Program-made: the position numbers and the translations under genes
Shown here: in pieces, positions 45,293 to 54,952 of the stretch
Layout of the letters: every line of letters starts with the position of its first letter
Position numbering within the stretch: position 1 is the stretch's first letter
From: an uncultured Myxococcales bacterium
Lineage (GTDB): Bacteria; Myxococcota_A; Polyangia; Palsa-1104; JAEUJZ01
Assembly (NCBI GenBank): GCA_964460115.1
Contig: CAYWPR010000028.1
Coordinates: forward strand, 1,904-65,903
Reading direction: 5' to 3'
DNA: 64,000 bases
The notes under the pieces: model-generated
The model's database searches: none
What the model saw: the letters and a program-made list of their open reading frames with translations, nothing else
Told to the model about the DNA's origin: nothing

Positions 45293-45523
45293 TCAAAACG
45301 GAAGAGGCAGCTTTAGAACGCGGCGCGACCGCTTCTTTTCGTAGACCACCACGATGGGCAAAAGTCGCTTGCCACTGGCATCGGCCCCAAGCCCTTCGCG
45401 AATCTGCTCGAGGGCTTCTTTGACATTGCTTACCAAGTCGCCGCGACCAAGCATCAGCGCTTTGACCTGCTCGCGCTTCGCCTTGCCTAGGTCCACCACC
45501 AGTGGATGCAATAACTCAGCCAT
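45293..45523 (-). CDS. Small conserved-looking hypothetical protein (76 aa), paralog of 42538-42759
   Basis: See 42538-42759. It is the first gene of the four-gene minus-strand operon. Confidence 0.6.
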   Translation of the reverse strand: MAELLHPLVVDLGKAKREQVKALMLGRGDLVSNVKEALEQIREGLGADASGKRLLPIVVVYEKKRSRRVLKLPLPF

Positions 45524-45670
45524 TGCCGCACTTCATTTTCGAATGGAAAGGCCGCGACGTCTGCCCTAGTTAAGGGCAGCACGTCTGCGACAAAAATTCC
45601 CAATTCGATGGTAGCACCGCAGTTGTCTGGCCGACAAGAAACTTTCAAATCGGCAAAAGGCGAAACGGAG

Positions 45671-46438
45671 CTAGGGCTGCGCGGACAGCTTTTGGCCCAC
45701 AGGATTGAAAATCGGCGGATTCAGACAACCAAGCTTTTTGGCGCGATACAGCAGCGTCGTGTTCACGACCCCAAGTCCGTACACCAGGCTTCGCGAAAAA
45801 TTGATGGAAGATGAATCCGGCGCATAGCGCGTCGGACAAGAAATCTCGCCGATGCGAAAGCCAAAATAGATGCATTGCGTCAGCATCTCGGCGTCAAAAA
45901 CAAAGTCGTCGCTATTTTCCAAAAGCGGCAGAGCTTCCAGTACATGGCGCCCAAATGCACGATAGCCGGTGTGGTATTCGGAAAGCTTGGCGCCGGTCAA
46001 AAGGTTTTCAAACGCGGTCAGCGCGCGATTGGCAATGTATTTATAAAGCGGCATACCGCCCGAAAGCGCCCCGCCGGACAGAATGCGCGAGCCCAGCACC
46101 ACATCAAACTGTCCCACCGAAATCAGCGAAGCCATCGCGGTCAAAAGCTTCGGCGTGTATTGATAGTCAGGATGCAGCATGACCACGACGTCTGCACCGG
46201 TGCGCAAGGCCTCGGCATAGCAGGTTTTCTGATTGCCGCCGTAGCCGCGATTGCGCTTGTGGGTCAAAGTGCGCAGACCTAGGCGCGTGGCCACCTGCGC
46301 GGTTCCGTCTTGGCTGGCGTCATCGACCAAAATGATGTCGTCAATAACGGTTCTATCGATTTCGGCCAGGGTTTGTTCCAGCGTTGCCGCGGCGTTGTAC
46401 GCGGGCATGACTACGGTGATCTTCTTGCCGTTTAGCAC
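45671..46438 (-). CDS. Family-2 glycosyltransferase (polyprenol-phosphate sugar transferase-like)
   Basis: [35 protein letters not shown]. Confidence 0.85.
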   Translation of the reverse strand: MLNGKKITVVMPAYNAAATLEQTLAEIDRTVIDDIILVDDASQDGTAQVATRLGLRTLTHKRNRGYGGNQKTCYAEALRTGADVVVMLHPDYQYTPKLLTAMASLISVGQFDVVLGSRILSGGALSGGMPLYKYIANRALTAFENLLTGAKLSEYHTGYRAFGRHVLEALPLLENSDDFVFDAEMLTQCIYFGFRIGEISCPTRYAPDSSSINFSRSLVYGLGVVNTTLLYRAKKLGCLNPPIFNPVGQKLSAQP

Positions 46439-46471
46439 GGTCAGGAGCTTTGCCGAGCCCGCCCGCGCCTG

Positions 46472-47050
46472 TCAACCTAACTTCGGCGGGCGTTTGGCGT
46501 GAATGGCGCAGGCCCCATCGCACTCGCCGCGAGCCACGGCGCGGCCCATAAGCGCATAGCGATAGCGGGCGATCAGCCAGTATCCAAGATCGGCAAGCTG
46601 GCGCAGACCGGGTACGTAGTAAAGTAGCAAAAGCCGCCCCAAAATCGGCCGATGGCGCAAGGCGCAAACCACGGCCTCGGCCCCGCGGTACACGCGTCCC
46701 TCGTGGGTGATGATGTGCATGGCGGACATCGCAGTGTCGTAGTCGATGCCCACCGCGGGTAGCAGCCCTGGCGTTTGTAAGGGCAACATATCCAGCCAGG
46801 GCCTAGGGTCTTTTTCGGACATGGGCCCAGACTGCCGCTGCAAACGCGCGGCTTGCGCATTACAAAATCGGCAGTCGCCATCAAAAATCAGCACGTCGCG
46901 CATGCCCAAAGTCGGAATAAGAGCGCGTGCCGAAAGCAACTCTTGGTCGTTGAGTTTTCGCACAGCAGACATGTTCGGTATTATGCCTGTGGTAGAGGAC
47001 GATGACATCGCATCGTGCCCCGTGCTAGGCTGCGCGCATCTTAACAACAA
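46472..47050 (-). CDS. DCC-family thiol-disulfide oxidoreductase (DUF393-type)
   Basis: VLIFDGDCRFCNAQAARL motif. The true start is probably internal (ATG 47008, 46972 or 46903), because pckG starts only 13 nt from 47050. Confidence 0.8.
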   Translation of the reverse strand: MLLRCAQPSTGHDAMSSSSTTGIIPNMSAVRKLNDQELLSARALIPTLGMRDVLIFDGDCRFCNAQAARLQRQSGPMSEKDPRPWLDMLPLQTPGLLPAVGIDYDTAMSAMHIITHEGRVYRGAEAVVCALRHRPILGRLLLLYYVPGLRQLADLGYWLIARYRYALMGRAVARGECDGACAIHAKRPPKLG

Positions 47051-47063
47051 GGACGCTTAGACA

Positions 47064-48872
47064 ATGGTTGACCATCCGGCGCTTCGTCAGTGGGTTTTGG
47101 AGACAGCTCAAGTTACGCAACCCGATCACGTGGTATGGTGCGACGGCTCCGAAACCGAAAATCGGCGTCTCATCGAAGGCATGCTGAGCACCGGCGAACT
47201 GCTGGGCCTAAATTCGGAAACCTATCCCAACTGCTACCTGCATCGATCGCACCCGAGCGACGTGGCGCGCACCGAGCATCTGACCTTCATCTGCACTCCT
47301 AGCAAAGACGACGTCGGTCCCACCAACAATTGGATGACTCCGGAAGAGGCGCGCACGCGCGTTTGGCCGCTGTTTCAAGGCGCCATGCGTGGACGCACCA
47401 TGTACGTCGTCCCCTACCTGATGGGGCCGGCCGAATCGCCGTACAGCAAAGTGGGCGTCGAAATCACCGATAGCGCCTACGTCGTTGTCAATATGCGCAT
47501 CATGACCCGCATGGGCCAAATTGCGCTGGAGCATCTAGCGAAACATCCGGAGCAAGGCTTTGTCAAAGGCCTGCATTCGCTGGGTGATTTGTCGCCGGAG
47601 CGTCGCTTTATCTGTCATTTTCCCAGCCAGCGCGAAATCTGGAGCATCGGCTCTGGCTATGGCGGCAACGCCCTTTTGGGAAAAAAATGCTTTGCGCTGC
47701 GCATTGCCAGCACCATGGGCCGCACCGAGGGCTGGATGGCTGAGCATATGCTGATCTTGGGCATCGAAGATCTGCGTCCCGGCCCGCATCAGGGTCAGAC
47801 GACCTATATTGCCGCGGCCTTTCCCTCGGCGTGTGGCAAGACCAACCTGGCCATGCTTGTGCCCAGCCTGTCTTTGCGCGATCAGTTCCGCGTCTTTACA
47901 GTCGGCGACGATATTTGCTGGATGCACGTCGGCAGCGACGGCCGCTTGTGGGCGATAAACCCCGAGGCCGGTTTTTTTGGCGTGGCGCCGGGAACCAGTG
48001 CCAAGACCAATCCCAATGCGCTGGCTTCGCTCAAGCAGAACTCGATTTTCACCAACGTCGCGCTGACCGACAACAAAGAGCCCTGGTGGGAAGGGCTATC
48101 GACGCCGCCAGCGCATTTGACCGACTGGCAGGGCCGCTCGTACACGCCGTCGCCTGACAACAAAGACAAGGCGGCGCATCCGAACTCGCGCTTTACTTCG
48201 CCGGCCAAGCAGTGTCCGTGCATCTCGCCGCAAATCGATGCGCCGATGGGCGTGCCCATCTCGGCGATTATCTTTGGCGGCCGGCGCGCCGGGCTGCAAC
48301 CGCTTTGCGTCGAAGCGCGCGACTGGACCCACGGCGTATACCTAGGCGCCACGCTGTCGTCCGAAACCACCGCCGCGGCAGTGGGGGCCGTAGGTGTGGT
48401 CCGCCACGACCCAATGGCCATGCTGCCCTTTTGCGGCTACAACATGGCCGACTATTTTGGCCACTGGCTGAAGATGGCCGAGCGCACGAGTTCCGAAAAA
48501 CTGCCGCGCATCTTTCACGTCAACTGGTTTCGCATGAACAAAGAAGGCCGCTACCTGTGGCCGGGCTTTGGCGAAAACATTCGCGTGCTCAAGTGGATCG
48601 TCGAGCGGGTGCGCGATACTCCGGGCGCGGACTCGAACAAAGTCGTCGATTCCCCCATCGGACTCGTGCCGACGCCGGGACAGATCGATCAAACCGGCTT
48701 GGCGGTAGAGCCAAACGCTTTCGAACAGCTTTTACACATCGACAACGACGAATGGGTGCAAGAGTGCGCCCGTCATAAGAAATTTTTGGAGCAGTTTGGC
48801 GAACGCCTTCCAGCGGCATTGTGGAAAGAGCACGCCATCCTGCGCCAGCGCCTACAGATTCCTTCACCATGA
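47064..48872 (+). CDS. pckG: Phosphoenolpyruvate carboxykinase (GTP)
   Basis: YGGNALLGKKCFALRIAS, AAAFPSACGKTNLAML, FGGRRA, NWFR. Confidence 0.95.
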   Translation: MVDHPALRQWVLETAQVTQPDHVVWCDGSETENRRLIEGMLSTGELLGLNSETYPNCYLHRSHPSDVARTEHLTFICTPSKDDVGPTNNWMTPEEARTRVWPLFQGAMRGRTMYVVPYLMGPAESPYSKVGVEITDSAYVVVNMRIMTRMGQIALEHLAKHPEQGFVKGLHSLGDLSPERRFICHFPSQREIWSIGSGYGGNALLGKKCFALRIASTMGRTEGWMAEHMLILGIEDLRPGPHQGQTTYIAAAFPSACGKTNLAMLVPSLSLRDQFRVFTVGDDICWMHVGSDGRLWAINPEAGFFGVAPGTSAKTNPNALASLKQNSIFTNVALTDNKEPWWEGLSTPPAHLTDWQGRSYTPSPDNKDKAAHPNSRFTSPAKQCPCISPQIDAPMGVPISAIIFGGRRAGLQPLCVEARDWTHGVYLGATLSSETTAAAVGAVGVVRHDPMAMLPFCGYNMADYFGHWLKMAERTSSEKLPRIFHVNWFRMNKEGRYLWPGFGENIRVLKWIVERVRDTPGADSNKVVDSPIGLVPTPGQIDQTGLAVEPNAFEQLLHIDNDEWVQECARHKKFLEQFGERLPAALWKEHAILRQRLQIPSP

Positions 48873-50317
48873 CCCTGCCTGCGAATTCCATCCTGTCCAA
48901 AGAGCCGGCACCGCAGCCTTCGCGCCGAGTTTTTATCGAGTCGTTCGGCTGCCAAATGAACGACTACGACGTCTCGCGCATGGTCGAAGTGCTGCGCCAA
49001 CGCGGCTTTGAGCGCACCGAAGAAGCCGAGCAGGCCGACCTTATCGTCATCAACACTTGCTCGATTCGCGAAAAAGCCGAAAACAAGGCCGCTTCGGCGG
49101 CCGGCCGCTATAAACCTCTGAAGGACAAAAATCCGAATCTGGTGGTGGCCATCGGCGGCTGCGTCGCCCAGCAAGAAGGGGACGCCCTTTTGCGGCGCAT
49201 TCCGGTCGCGGATCTGACCTTTGGGCCGGATCAGATTCCCAGCCTAGTCGAGCATATGCTGACGGTGCAAGGGCGCGATCCGGCGGCGAAAGATCCCTTT
49301 GCGCAGCCAGCTCGGCCGGCGGGCAAATATCGGCTGCGGCTGGCCAAAACCGAAGTCATCGATGTGCAGGACTACGAGTTTTTGGATGCCAATCCGCGCC
49401 CCGGCGATGTCGAAGTCACAGCGCTAGTGACCATTCAAAAGGGTTGCGACAACTACTGCGCCTACTGCGTTGTGCCCAATACGCGCGGTCGCGAAGTTTC
49501 ACGCCCGCCCGAGCAAGTTTTGTCCGAGGTCGCGCGCTTTGTTGCGCTTGGCGCGCGCGAGGTGACCTTGATTGGGCAAAACGTCAACGCCTATCACGCC
49601 ATCGGCATGCCGGATGGCGATGACTTCGCAGAGCTTTTGCGCCGCGTCGATGCCGTGCCCGAACTTTTGCGGCTGCGCTTTACCACCAGCCATCCGCACT
49701 ATTTCACGCACAAAGTCGCCGAGGCGTTTCGCGACTTGAAACGCCTATGTCCCTGGCTGCATCTGCCCGTACAAGCCGGCAGCACCGCCGTTCTTGCGCG
49801 CATGGCCCGCGACTACAGCCGCGAGCAGTACCTAGATAAAATCGCGTACTTAAAAAAGGTCTGCCCCGATATCTCGCTGTCCACCGACATCATTGTCGGC
49901 TACCCCGGCGAAAGCGAGGCCGACTTTGCAGACACCATGGCGCTGCTTACACAAGTGCGCTACGACTCCATTTATTCGTTTGCCTACTCGCGACGCCCCG
50001 ATACGCCGGCTCGCGATTTAGAGGACGACGTTTGCCCCGAAGAAAAATCGCGGCGCTTGCAGGCGGTGCAAACACTACAGCGCAGCATTACCGCCGAGCG
50101 CCTAGGGCGCCTTGTCGGCCGGGTCGAAGAAGTGCTGGTCGAGGGGGTGGCGCGCATGCAAAGCGACAAGCTGTGCGGCCGTACCGGCGGCAACCACACC
50201 GTAAATTTTTTGGCGCCTCAAAGCCCGGATTTCGACAAGACTTCGCTGATTGGCAAAATCTGTCGCGTCCATATCGATGAAGCGCGCAGCCATACTCTGG
50301 TTGGCCACATCATTTAG
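48869..50317 (+). CDS. miaB: tRNA (N6-isopentenyladenosine-37) methylthiotransferase MiaB
   Basis: VFIESFGCQMNDYDVSRM, INTCSIREKAENK, radical-SAM CDNYCAYC and a C-terminal TRAM (GRTGGNHTVNF). ATGA overlap with the pckG stop. Confidence 0.9.
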   Translation: MTLPANSILSKEPAPQPSRRVFIESFGCQMNDYDVSRMVEVLRQRGFERTEEAEQADLIVINTCSIREKAENKAASAAGRYKPLKDKNPNLVVAIGGCVAQQEGDALLRRIPVADLTFGPDQIPSLVEHMLTVQGRDPAAKDPFAQPARPAGKYRLRLAKTEVIDVQDYEFLDANPRPGDVEVTALVTIQKGCDNYCAYCVVPNTRGREVSRPPEQVLSEVARFVALGAREVTLIGQNVNAYHAIGMPDGDDFAELLRRVDAVPELLRLRFTTSHPHYFTHKVAEAFRDLKRLCPWLHLPVQAGSTAVLARMARDYSREQYLDKIAYLKKVCPDISLSTDIIVGYPGESEADFADTMALLTQVRYDSIYSFAYSRRPDTPARDLEDDVCPEEKSRRLQAVQTLQRSITAERLGRLVGRVEEVLVEGVARMQSDKLCGRTGGNHTVNFLAPQSPDFDKTSLIGKICRVHIDEARSHTLVGHII

Positions 50318-50396
50318 CTGCGCTTGGCGCGATGTCGCTGTCAAAAATTGGTAAAGTTCGCTACCCTGCGCGCATCTTGCAAAGGCATTTCCGCAG

Positions 50397-50699
50397 ATGA
50401 GCGATGAGGACGACGAGTACAACCAAGGCTACGACGAGCGCCAAGAACAGCTAGAGGCCCGTGTTCGGCAATTAATCGGTGAGCTGGCCCTAGATTTTGC
50501 CGACCTGGACAAATCCTTGCGCTGGACCCTGGCGCAAAGCCTGATACATCAAGCGATACATTTTGCCGCCGAACGGGCCGAGCTCGACAATGTCGAATTT
50601 TGCACCGTGGCCACGTACCTGGGCGAAATGATCGGCCATGCGCACGAGCTTATGCACGACGGCGAATTGGATCCATCGCATCACAAATTCGTTCATTAA
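50397..50699 (+). CDS. Hypothetical acidic protein (100 aa) with a His-rich C-terminus
   Basis: MSDEDDEYNQGYDERQEQ...HAHELMHDGELDPSHHKFVH. Codon usage is plausible. No family recognised. Confidence 0.5.
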   Translation: MSDEDDEYNQGYDERQEQLEARVRQLIGELALDFADLDKSLRWTLAQSLIHQAIHFAAERAELDNVEFCTVATYLGEMIGHAHELMHDGELDPSHHKFVH

Positions 50700-50751
50700 G
50701 TGCACCGAATAGGATCCGCTCGGGCGCGGGTTATGTTAGGTGCTGCAAGCG

Positions 50752-52602
50752 ATGAATGTCTTATACGAAGAAGACGGCGGATGGAAAACCGGCACGGTCA
50801 TCGAGCGGGATGGCAGTGGACTGCTTGTAGAAAGCCCGCACAAAAAGCGCAGCCGGCTTAAAAGCGACAAAGTGCTGCTGGAATTTACGACGCCAGCAGT
50901 AGGCGATTTGCTGCCGCAGGCCCAGGCCTTGGGCGAAAACATCGACATCGCGTTTCTGTGGGAATGCGTAGGCGAGTCCGAATTTGCCTTTGGCGACGTG
51001 GCACGCGACTATTTCGGCCATTTCCCAAGCGCCGTTGAAGCCGCCGCGGTACTTTTGCGCCTGCACGAATCCGGCACGCATTTTCACCGTCGCGGCCGCG
51101 GGCGTTTTGTCGCCGCAACCGCGGCTGAAGTCAAAGCGGCCGAAGTCAGTGCCGCACGACGCGCCGAAAAAGCCCAGCGGCTTGGCGAATACGTCGACAA
51201 GCTCTGCCGCTTCGAAATGCCTCCCGAATTGCTTGCGCGCATGCCGGGACTGCTTTTCAAGCCGGATGCCAACACGCTGGAAGGGCGCGCCCTGGAACAG
51301 GCGGCGCAGAAGTTGCGCCTTTCCCCCGTACGACTGCTTGAGCGCTGCGGAGTGATTAAAGACAGCCGCGGCTATCACCTAGATCGGTTTCTTTTCGAAC
51401 ATTTTCCGCACGGCCGCGACTTTGCTCGCCTTCCGGCTTTTGAAACGCCGGCCACTTTGTCGCTGCCGCTCGCCGAAGTTGCGGCATTTAGCATCGATGA
51501 TACGACCACCACCGAAGTGGACGACGCATTTTCGGTGACACGGCTGCAAAACGGCGATTATCAAATCGGCATACACATTGCCGCGCCGGCGCTGGGATTT
51601 GCGCCGAATTCCGATGCCAATGAAATCGCTCGGCAGCGTTTGTCTACGGTGTATATGCCCGGAGACAAAATCACCATGCTGCCCGAGCCGCTGATTCGCG
51701 CCTTCAGCCTGGATGCCGGGCAGAACTGTCCGGTGATTTCGCTGTATCTTACGGTGGCCGGCGACGGCAGTTATCGCATTCTGGCCAACGATACACGGGT
51801 CGAGCGCGTGCCCATCGTGGCCAATCTGCGCTATCCGATCCTCGATGAACAATTTACGCAGGAAGCGCTGCAGCAAGGCCGACTAGATTTTCCCTTCGCC
51901 AGTGAATTGCGGCTGCTTTACGAGCTGACCACTGCGATGTGGACGCAGCGCGGCAAGGGCGAGCCGGACAAAACCGATTTTCAAATCTACGTCGAAGATG
52001 ATCGCGTCCGCATCTTGCCGCGCAAACGCGGCGCGCCGTCGGATCGCGTCGTTTCAGAGCTGATGATTCACGTCAATAGCCTTTGGGGCAAGCTGCTTTC
52101 GGATCGCGACATGCGCGCACTTTTTCGCGTCCACGACGGCGGCAAAGTACGCATGAGCCTGTATCCGGCCCCCCATTTGGCGCTTGGAGTGCCGCAGTAC
52201 TTGTGGAGCAGCTCGCCGCTGCGGCGCTACATCGACTTGGTCAATCAGTGGCTGCTTTTGGCCGTGATTTACGACGAACCTTCGCCCTATGCCGAGCGCG
52301 AGTCGGAACTGCAAAGCGTGATACGCGACTTCGAGACGCAAAACGCCGCTTACGATGATTTTCAGCGTGGAATGGAACGCTATTTTTCGCTGCGCTGGCT
52401 TCTGCAAGAAGAACTGCAGAGCACCACGGCGGTGGTGATCAAAGAAAACGATACCCTGGTCCGGCTGGAGCATGCGCCGCTGTGGCAACGCGTTCCCTCC
52501 TTGCCGACTTTACCGGCGGGCACGGTGGTGACGTTGGCACTGTCGCGCATCGATCTGTACGAAATGTCCGTCCATCTGGAATATCGCAGCCACCAAGGCT
52601 GA
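50752..52602 (+). CDS. RNB-domain exoribonuclease (RNase II/R family)
   Basis: FSIDDTTTTEVDDAFSV, YMPGDKITMLPE, SSPLRRYIDLVNQ. ATG 50752; the track starts at GTG 50740. Confidence 0.85.
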   Translation: MNVLYEEDGGWKTGTVIERDGSGLLVESPHKKRSRLKSDKVLLEFTTPAVGDLLPQAQALGENIDIAFLWECVGESEFAFGDVARDYFGHFPSAVEAAAVLLRLHESGTHFHRRGRGRFVAATAAEVKAAEVSAARRAEKAQRLGEYVDKLCRFEMPPELLARMPGLLFKPDANTLEGRALEQAAQKLRLSPVRLLERCGVIKDSRGYHLDRFLFEHFPHGRDFARLPAFETPATLSLPLAEVAAFSIDDTTTTEVDDAFSVTRLQNGDYQIGIHIAAPALGFAPNSDANEIARQRLSTVYMPGDKITMLPEPLIRAFSLDAGQNCPVISLYLTVAGDGSYRILANDTRVERVPIVANLRYPILDEQFTQEALQQGRLDFPFASELRLLYELTTAMWTQRGKGEPDKTDFQIYVEDDRVRILPRKRGAPSDRVVSELMIHVNSLWGKLLSDRDMRALFRVHDGGKVRMSLYPAPHLALGVPQYLWSSSPLRRYIDLVNQWLLLAVIYDEPSPYAERESELQSVIRDFETQNAAYDDFQRGMERYFSLRWLLQEELQSTTAVVIKENDTLVRLEHAPLWQRVPSLPTLPAGTVVTLALSRIDLYEMSVHLEYRSHQG

Positions 52603-52778
52603 TCCGCAATTCATGTCTGCGCTGCTAGCTCGCAGTTCTAGCTTTTGTAGGTAGAATAACGGAATCATGGGCAGCCGACGGCCAAGCAGGCGGCAAATCG
52701 CTTGCTGCGGTGCGGACTCAACAAGCTTTTGGGCATCCTTTTCGGCAAAGGATCGACTTGTTTGACCAAGGAGACAGC

Positions 52779-54401
52779 ATGGCGTTTGACATCGCGAATT
52801 TCACCCAGGTCTGTAACATCCTCGCGAAAATAGATCTGTTTGGTTGCGATCTAAAAGTACGCCCCAATTTGAATACGGCTGCCTCGATCAATACGGCGGT
52901 GACAAGCGGCGGCGCGCATATGCCGCTTATGTACCGCGACACGTACGCCGCGGCGCTTAACAAAGAGCTGAAGAACATCATGCTTCAGCTAAAAGATGTA
53001 TCGCAGGAAGAGCGCGTAACCATCATCGAGCAGTTTTATGCTCCGGTCTATGAGCACGCCAAACTGTCGGGCATGCGCGATGTGCGGCCCGAGCTGCATC
53101 GCTTTTTGGCGGTCGTCTCGAACTTGTTTCGTTCGTTTATAAACGCCAACAAACGCACGGCGCTAAATGTTCCGCTTGTCACCGTGCCGCCGCCGCTGGC
53201 CTTTTTTCAATGCGACGGCAACAGCGGCCCCTACACGATTACGTCCGAATCGATGCAAAAACTTTTCGGGACGCCGGTCGCGGTGGTCAGTCTGCCCGCC
53301 AGCTATCGCAACCATGGACTTTTATGGTGCAGCCTGGCGCACGAAGTCTGCGGACATGATGTCGTTCATGCCGATCCGGGGCTCGTTCCCGAACTCGTAC
53401 AAGGGGTGCGCACGATGTTCTGCGGTCCCTCTTTTTCGCCCAATGGACCGCTTACGCCCAATCTGCTGAATGCACTTTTGTGGTCACACTGGATTGATGA
53501 AGCCGCCGCCGATGTGTACGGCGTGCTCAACATGGGTCCGACTTTCGCGCTGAACCTGGCGGCGTTTTTCTCGGCGATGGTCGCTTCGATTTATGCGCGC
53601 ACGGGACGTCCGGTGCCGCCTATGCCGTATCTGCGCAGCACCGCCGGTCCGCGCGATCCGCGCAGTGGCGATAATCACATGGACGAACACCCGGTGGACA
53701 TTTTGCGACTGCATTTGGCCATCGGCGTGATTGAGTCTTTGCCCAAGCTTGCTCCCGCCAAAAAGGCCGAGTATATCGCCGCCATCGAAGCCGTCGCCAA
53801 AGCCGCCGGACGCGGCAATGATCACGTTCGCGTGCAGGGCGAAGTCAAGATCACCCGCCACAACTGGCGCATGATTGACGAAAAGATACCGCTGGCCGAA
53901 GCGCAGGAAGCGGCGCGCCGCGCGGGAAGCTTCTTGGCTTCGACCAAACTCGAAGTCCTGAACAAACACAGCATTCAGGAAATCGAGACTTGGGATGATG
54001 CGGACGAAGCCACTGCGCAAGGCGTGGCCGATGCCATTTTTGCCAACCGCTCGATTGTCGGCGGCGGCGACGATGCGCAGATGCTGGCTGGTTGTAATAT
54101 TGCAATCATGCAGCGTCCCGAGCTTTACGAACAAATGACCAAGCTTCTGCATGCGGGTCTAGACGAGAGCTTCGATCGTGATCCGATCTGGGGCAAGCCC
54201 AAGCCGAACTACGTCATCGTTCCCGGGGCGATTTACAACCTAGAGGATCCAGAGCCGTCCGCGGAGCAATACGCCGATATCACGCAGCAGAGCAAACCGG
54301 CGAAGAAGTCCGAGAAAAAATCCGCAGACAAGGCCGCGAAAAAAGCGTCGGCAAAAGCCGAGAAAAAAGCCGCAAGCAAGTCGAGCAAAAAGTCGCGCTA
54401 G
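52779..54401 (+). CDS. Hypothetical protein (540 aa) with an HEx3Hx3H motif and a Lys/Ala/Ser-rich histone-H1-like C-terminal tail
   Basis: AAGGAGA lies before ATG 52779. SLAHEVCGHDVVHAD is at 53340-53369. A downstream IDEAAAD (ExxxD) follows. Tail: KPAKKSEKKSADKAAKKASAKAEKKAASKSSKKSR (about 54291-54398). Confidence 0.7.
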   Translation: MAFDIANFTQVCNILAKIDLFGCDLKVRPNLNTAASINTAVTSGGAHMPLMYRDTYAAALNKELKNIMLQLKDVSQEERVTIIEQFYAPVYEHAKLSGMRDVRPELHRFLAVVSNLFRSFINANKRTALNVPLVTVPPPLAFFQCDGNSGPYTITSESMQKLFGTPVAVVSLPASYRNHGLLWCSLAHEVCGHDVVHADPGLVPELVQGVRTMFCGPSFSPNGPLTPNLLNALLWSHWIDEAAADVYGVLNMGPTFALNLAAFFSAMVASIYARTGRPVPPMPYLRSTAGPRDPRSGDNHMDEHPVDILRLHLAIGVIESLPKLAPAKKAEYIAAIEAVAKAAGRGNDHVRVQGEVKITRHNWRMIDEKIPLAEAQEAARRAGSFLASTKLEVLNKHSIQEIETWDDADEATAQGVADAIFANRSIVGGGDDAQMLAGCNIAIMQRPELYEQMTKLLHAGLDESFDRDPIWGKPKPNYVIVPGAIYNLEDPEPSAEQYADITQQSKPAKKSEKKSADKAAKKASAKAEKKAASKSSKKSR

Positions 54402-54421
54402 CGCCTAAAAACCGTTAAGCC

Positions 54422-54907
54422 TCAAATGCCGTGCAGGCTGGTGCAAATAAGCCCAGCGATGATGTTGAACACGCTAATCGCGGCCGTGCCGATGGCCAAA
54501 AAGCCGTACAGCACGACCGCCTGCCGGCTGTGCCGCGCCGCCATATGAGTCGCCAAATCGCGCGATAGAAGAACCGCGCCCACGCAAAGGGGCAACCCCA
54601 AAGTGGCCAGGTTTTCCTTGAAATCAAACAGATTGGATGCCCACGGCGCGTAGCGATCCAGATACAGCCCGCGAACAAAATAGCGGTAGCGCGGATATAA
54701 AAGCCCGCCGAGCAAGCTCGCGCCCAAATAAGCAACAAGCGCAACCAGCGCGTAGATGCGCAGAAGCTGCAGCCGAGGTTTTCGTCCGCGCAGCACCTGC
54801 ACCGCAAGCACCGCTTGATGGACGCTTGAGCCGCCTAGAACGATGGCAACCACCGCATGCAAAAGCAGCAGCAACCGGCCCTGCGCATACAAGAAGATGG
54901 TCGGCAC
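54422..54907 (-). CDS. Hypothetical integral membrane protein (161 aa, 4-5 TM helices)
   Basis: Hydrophobic helices LLLLLHAVVAIVLGG, LVALVAYLGASLLGGLL, LATLGLPLCVGAVLL and VVLYGFLAIGTAAISVFNIIAGL. Confidence 0.55.
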   Translation of the reverse strand: MPTIFLYAQGRLLLLLHAVVAIVLGGSSVHQAVLAVQVLRGRKPRLQLLRIYALVALVAYLGASLLGGLLYPRYRYFVRGLYLDRYAPWASNLFDFKENLATLGLPLCVGAVLLSRDLATHMAARHSRQAVVLYGFLAIGTAAISVFNIIAGLICTSLHGI

Positions 54908-54952
54908 GCCGGCAGTATAAGCCAGCTTTTCGCTTTACCCGCGCATAAGGCC

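Noticed and set aside
45556-45585. 12-bp interrupted hairpin GACGTCTGCCCT-AGTTA-AGGGCAG(C)ACGTC between the GT2 gene and the UbiB operon, as an intrinsic terminator
   Set aside because: No U-run follows on the minus strand, so it is not called as a terminator. It may still be a regulatory or RNA-stability element.
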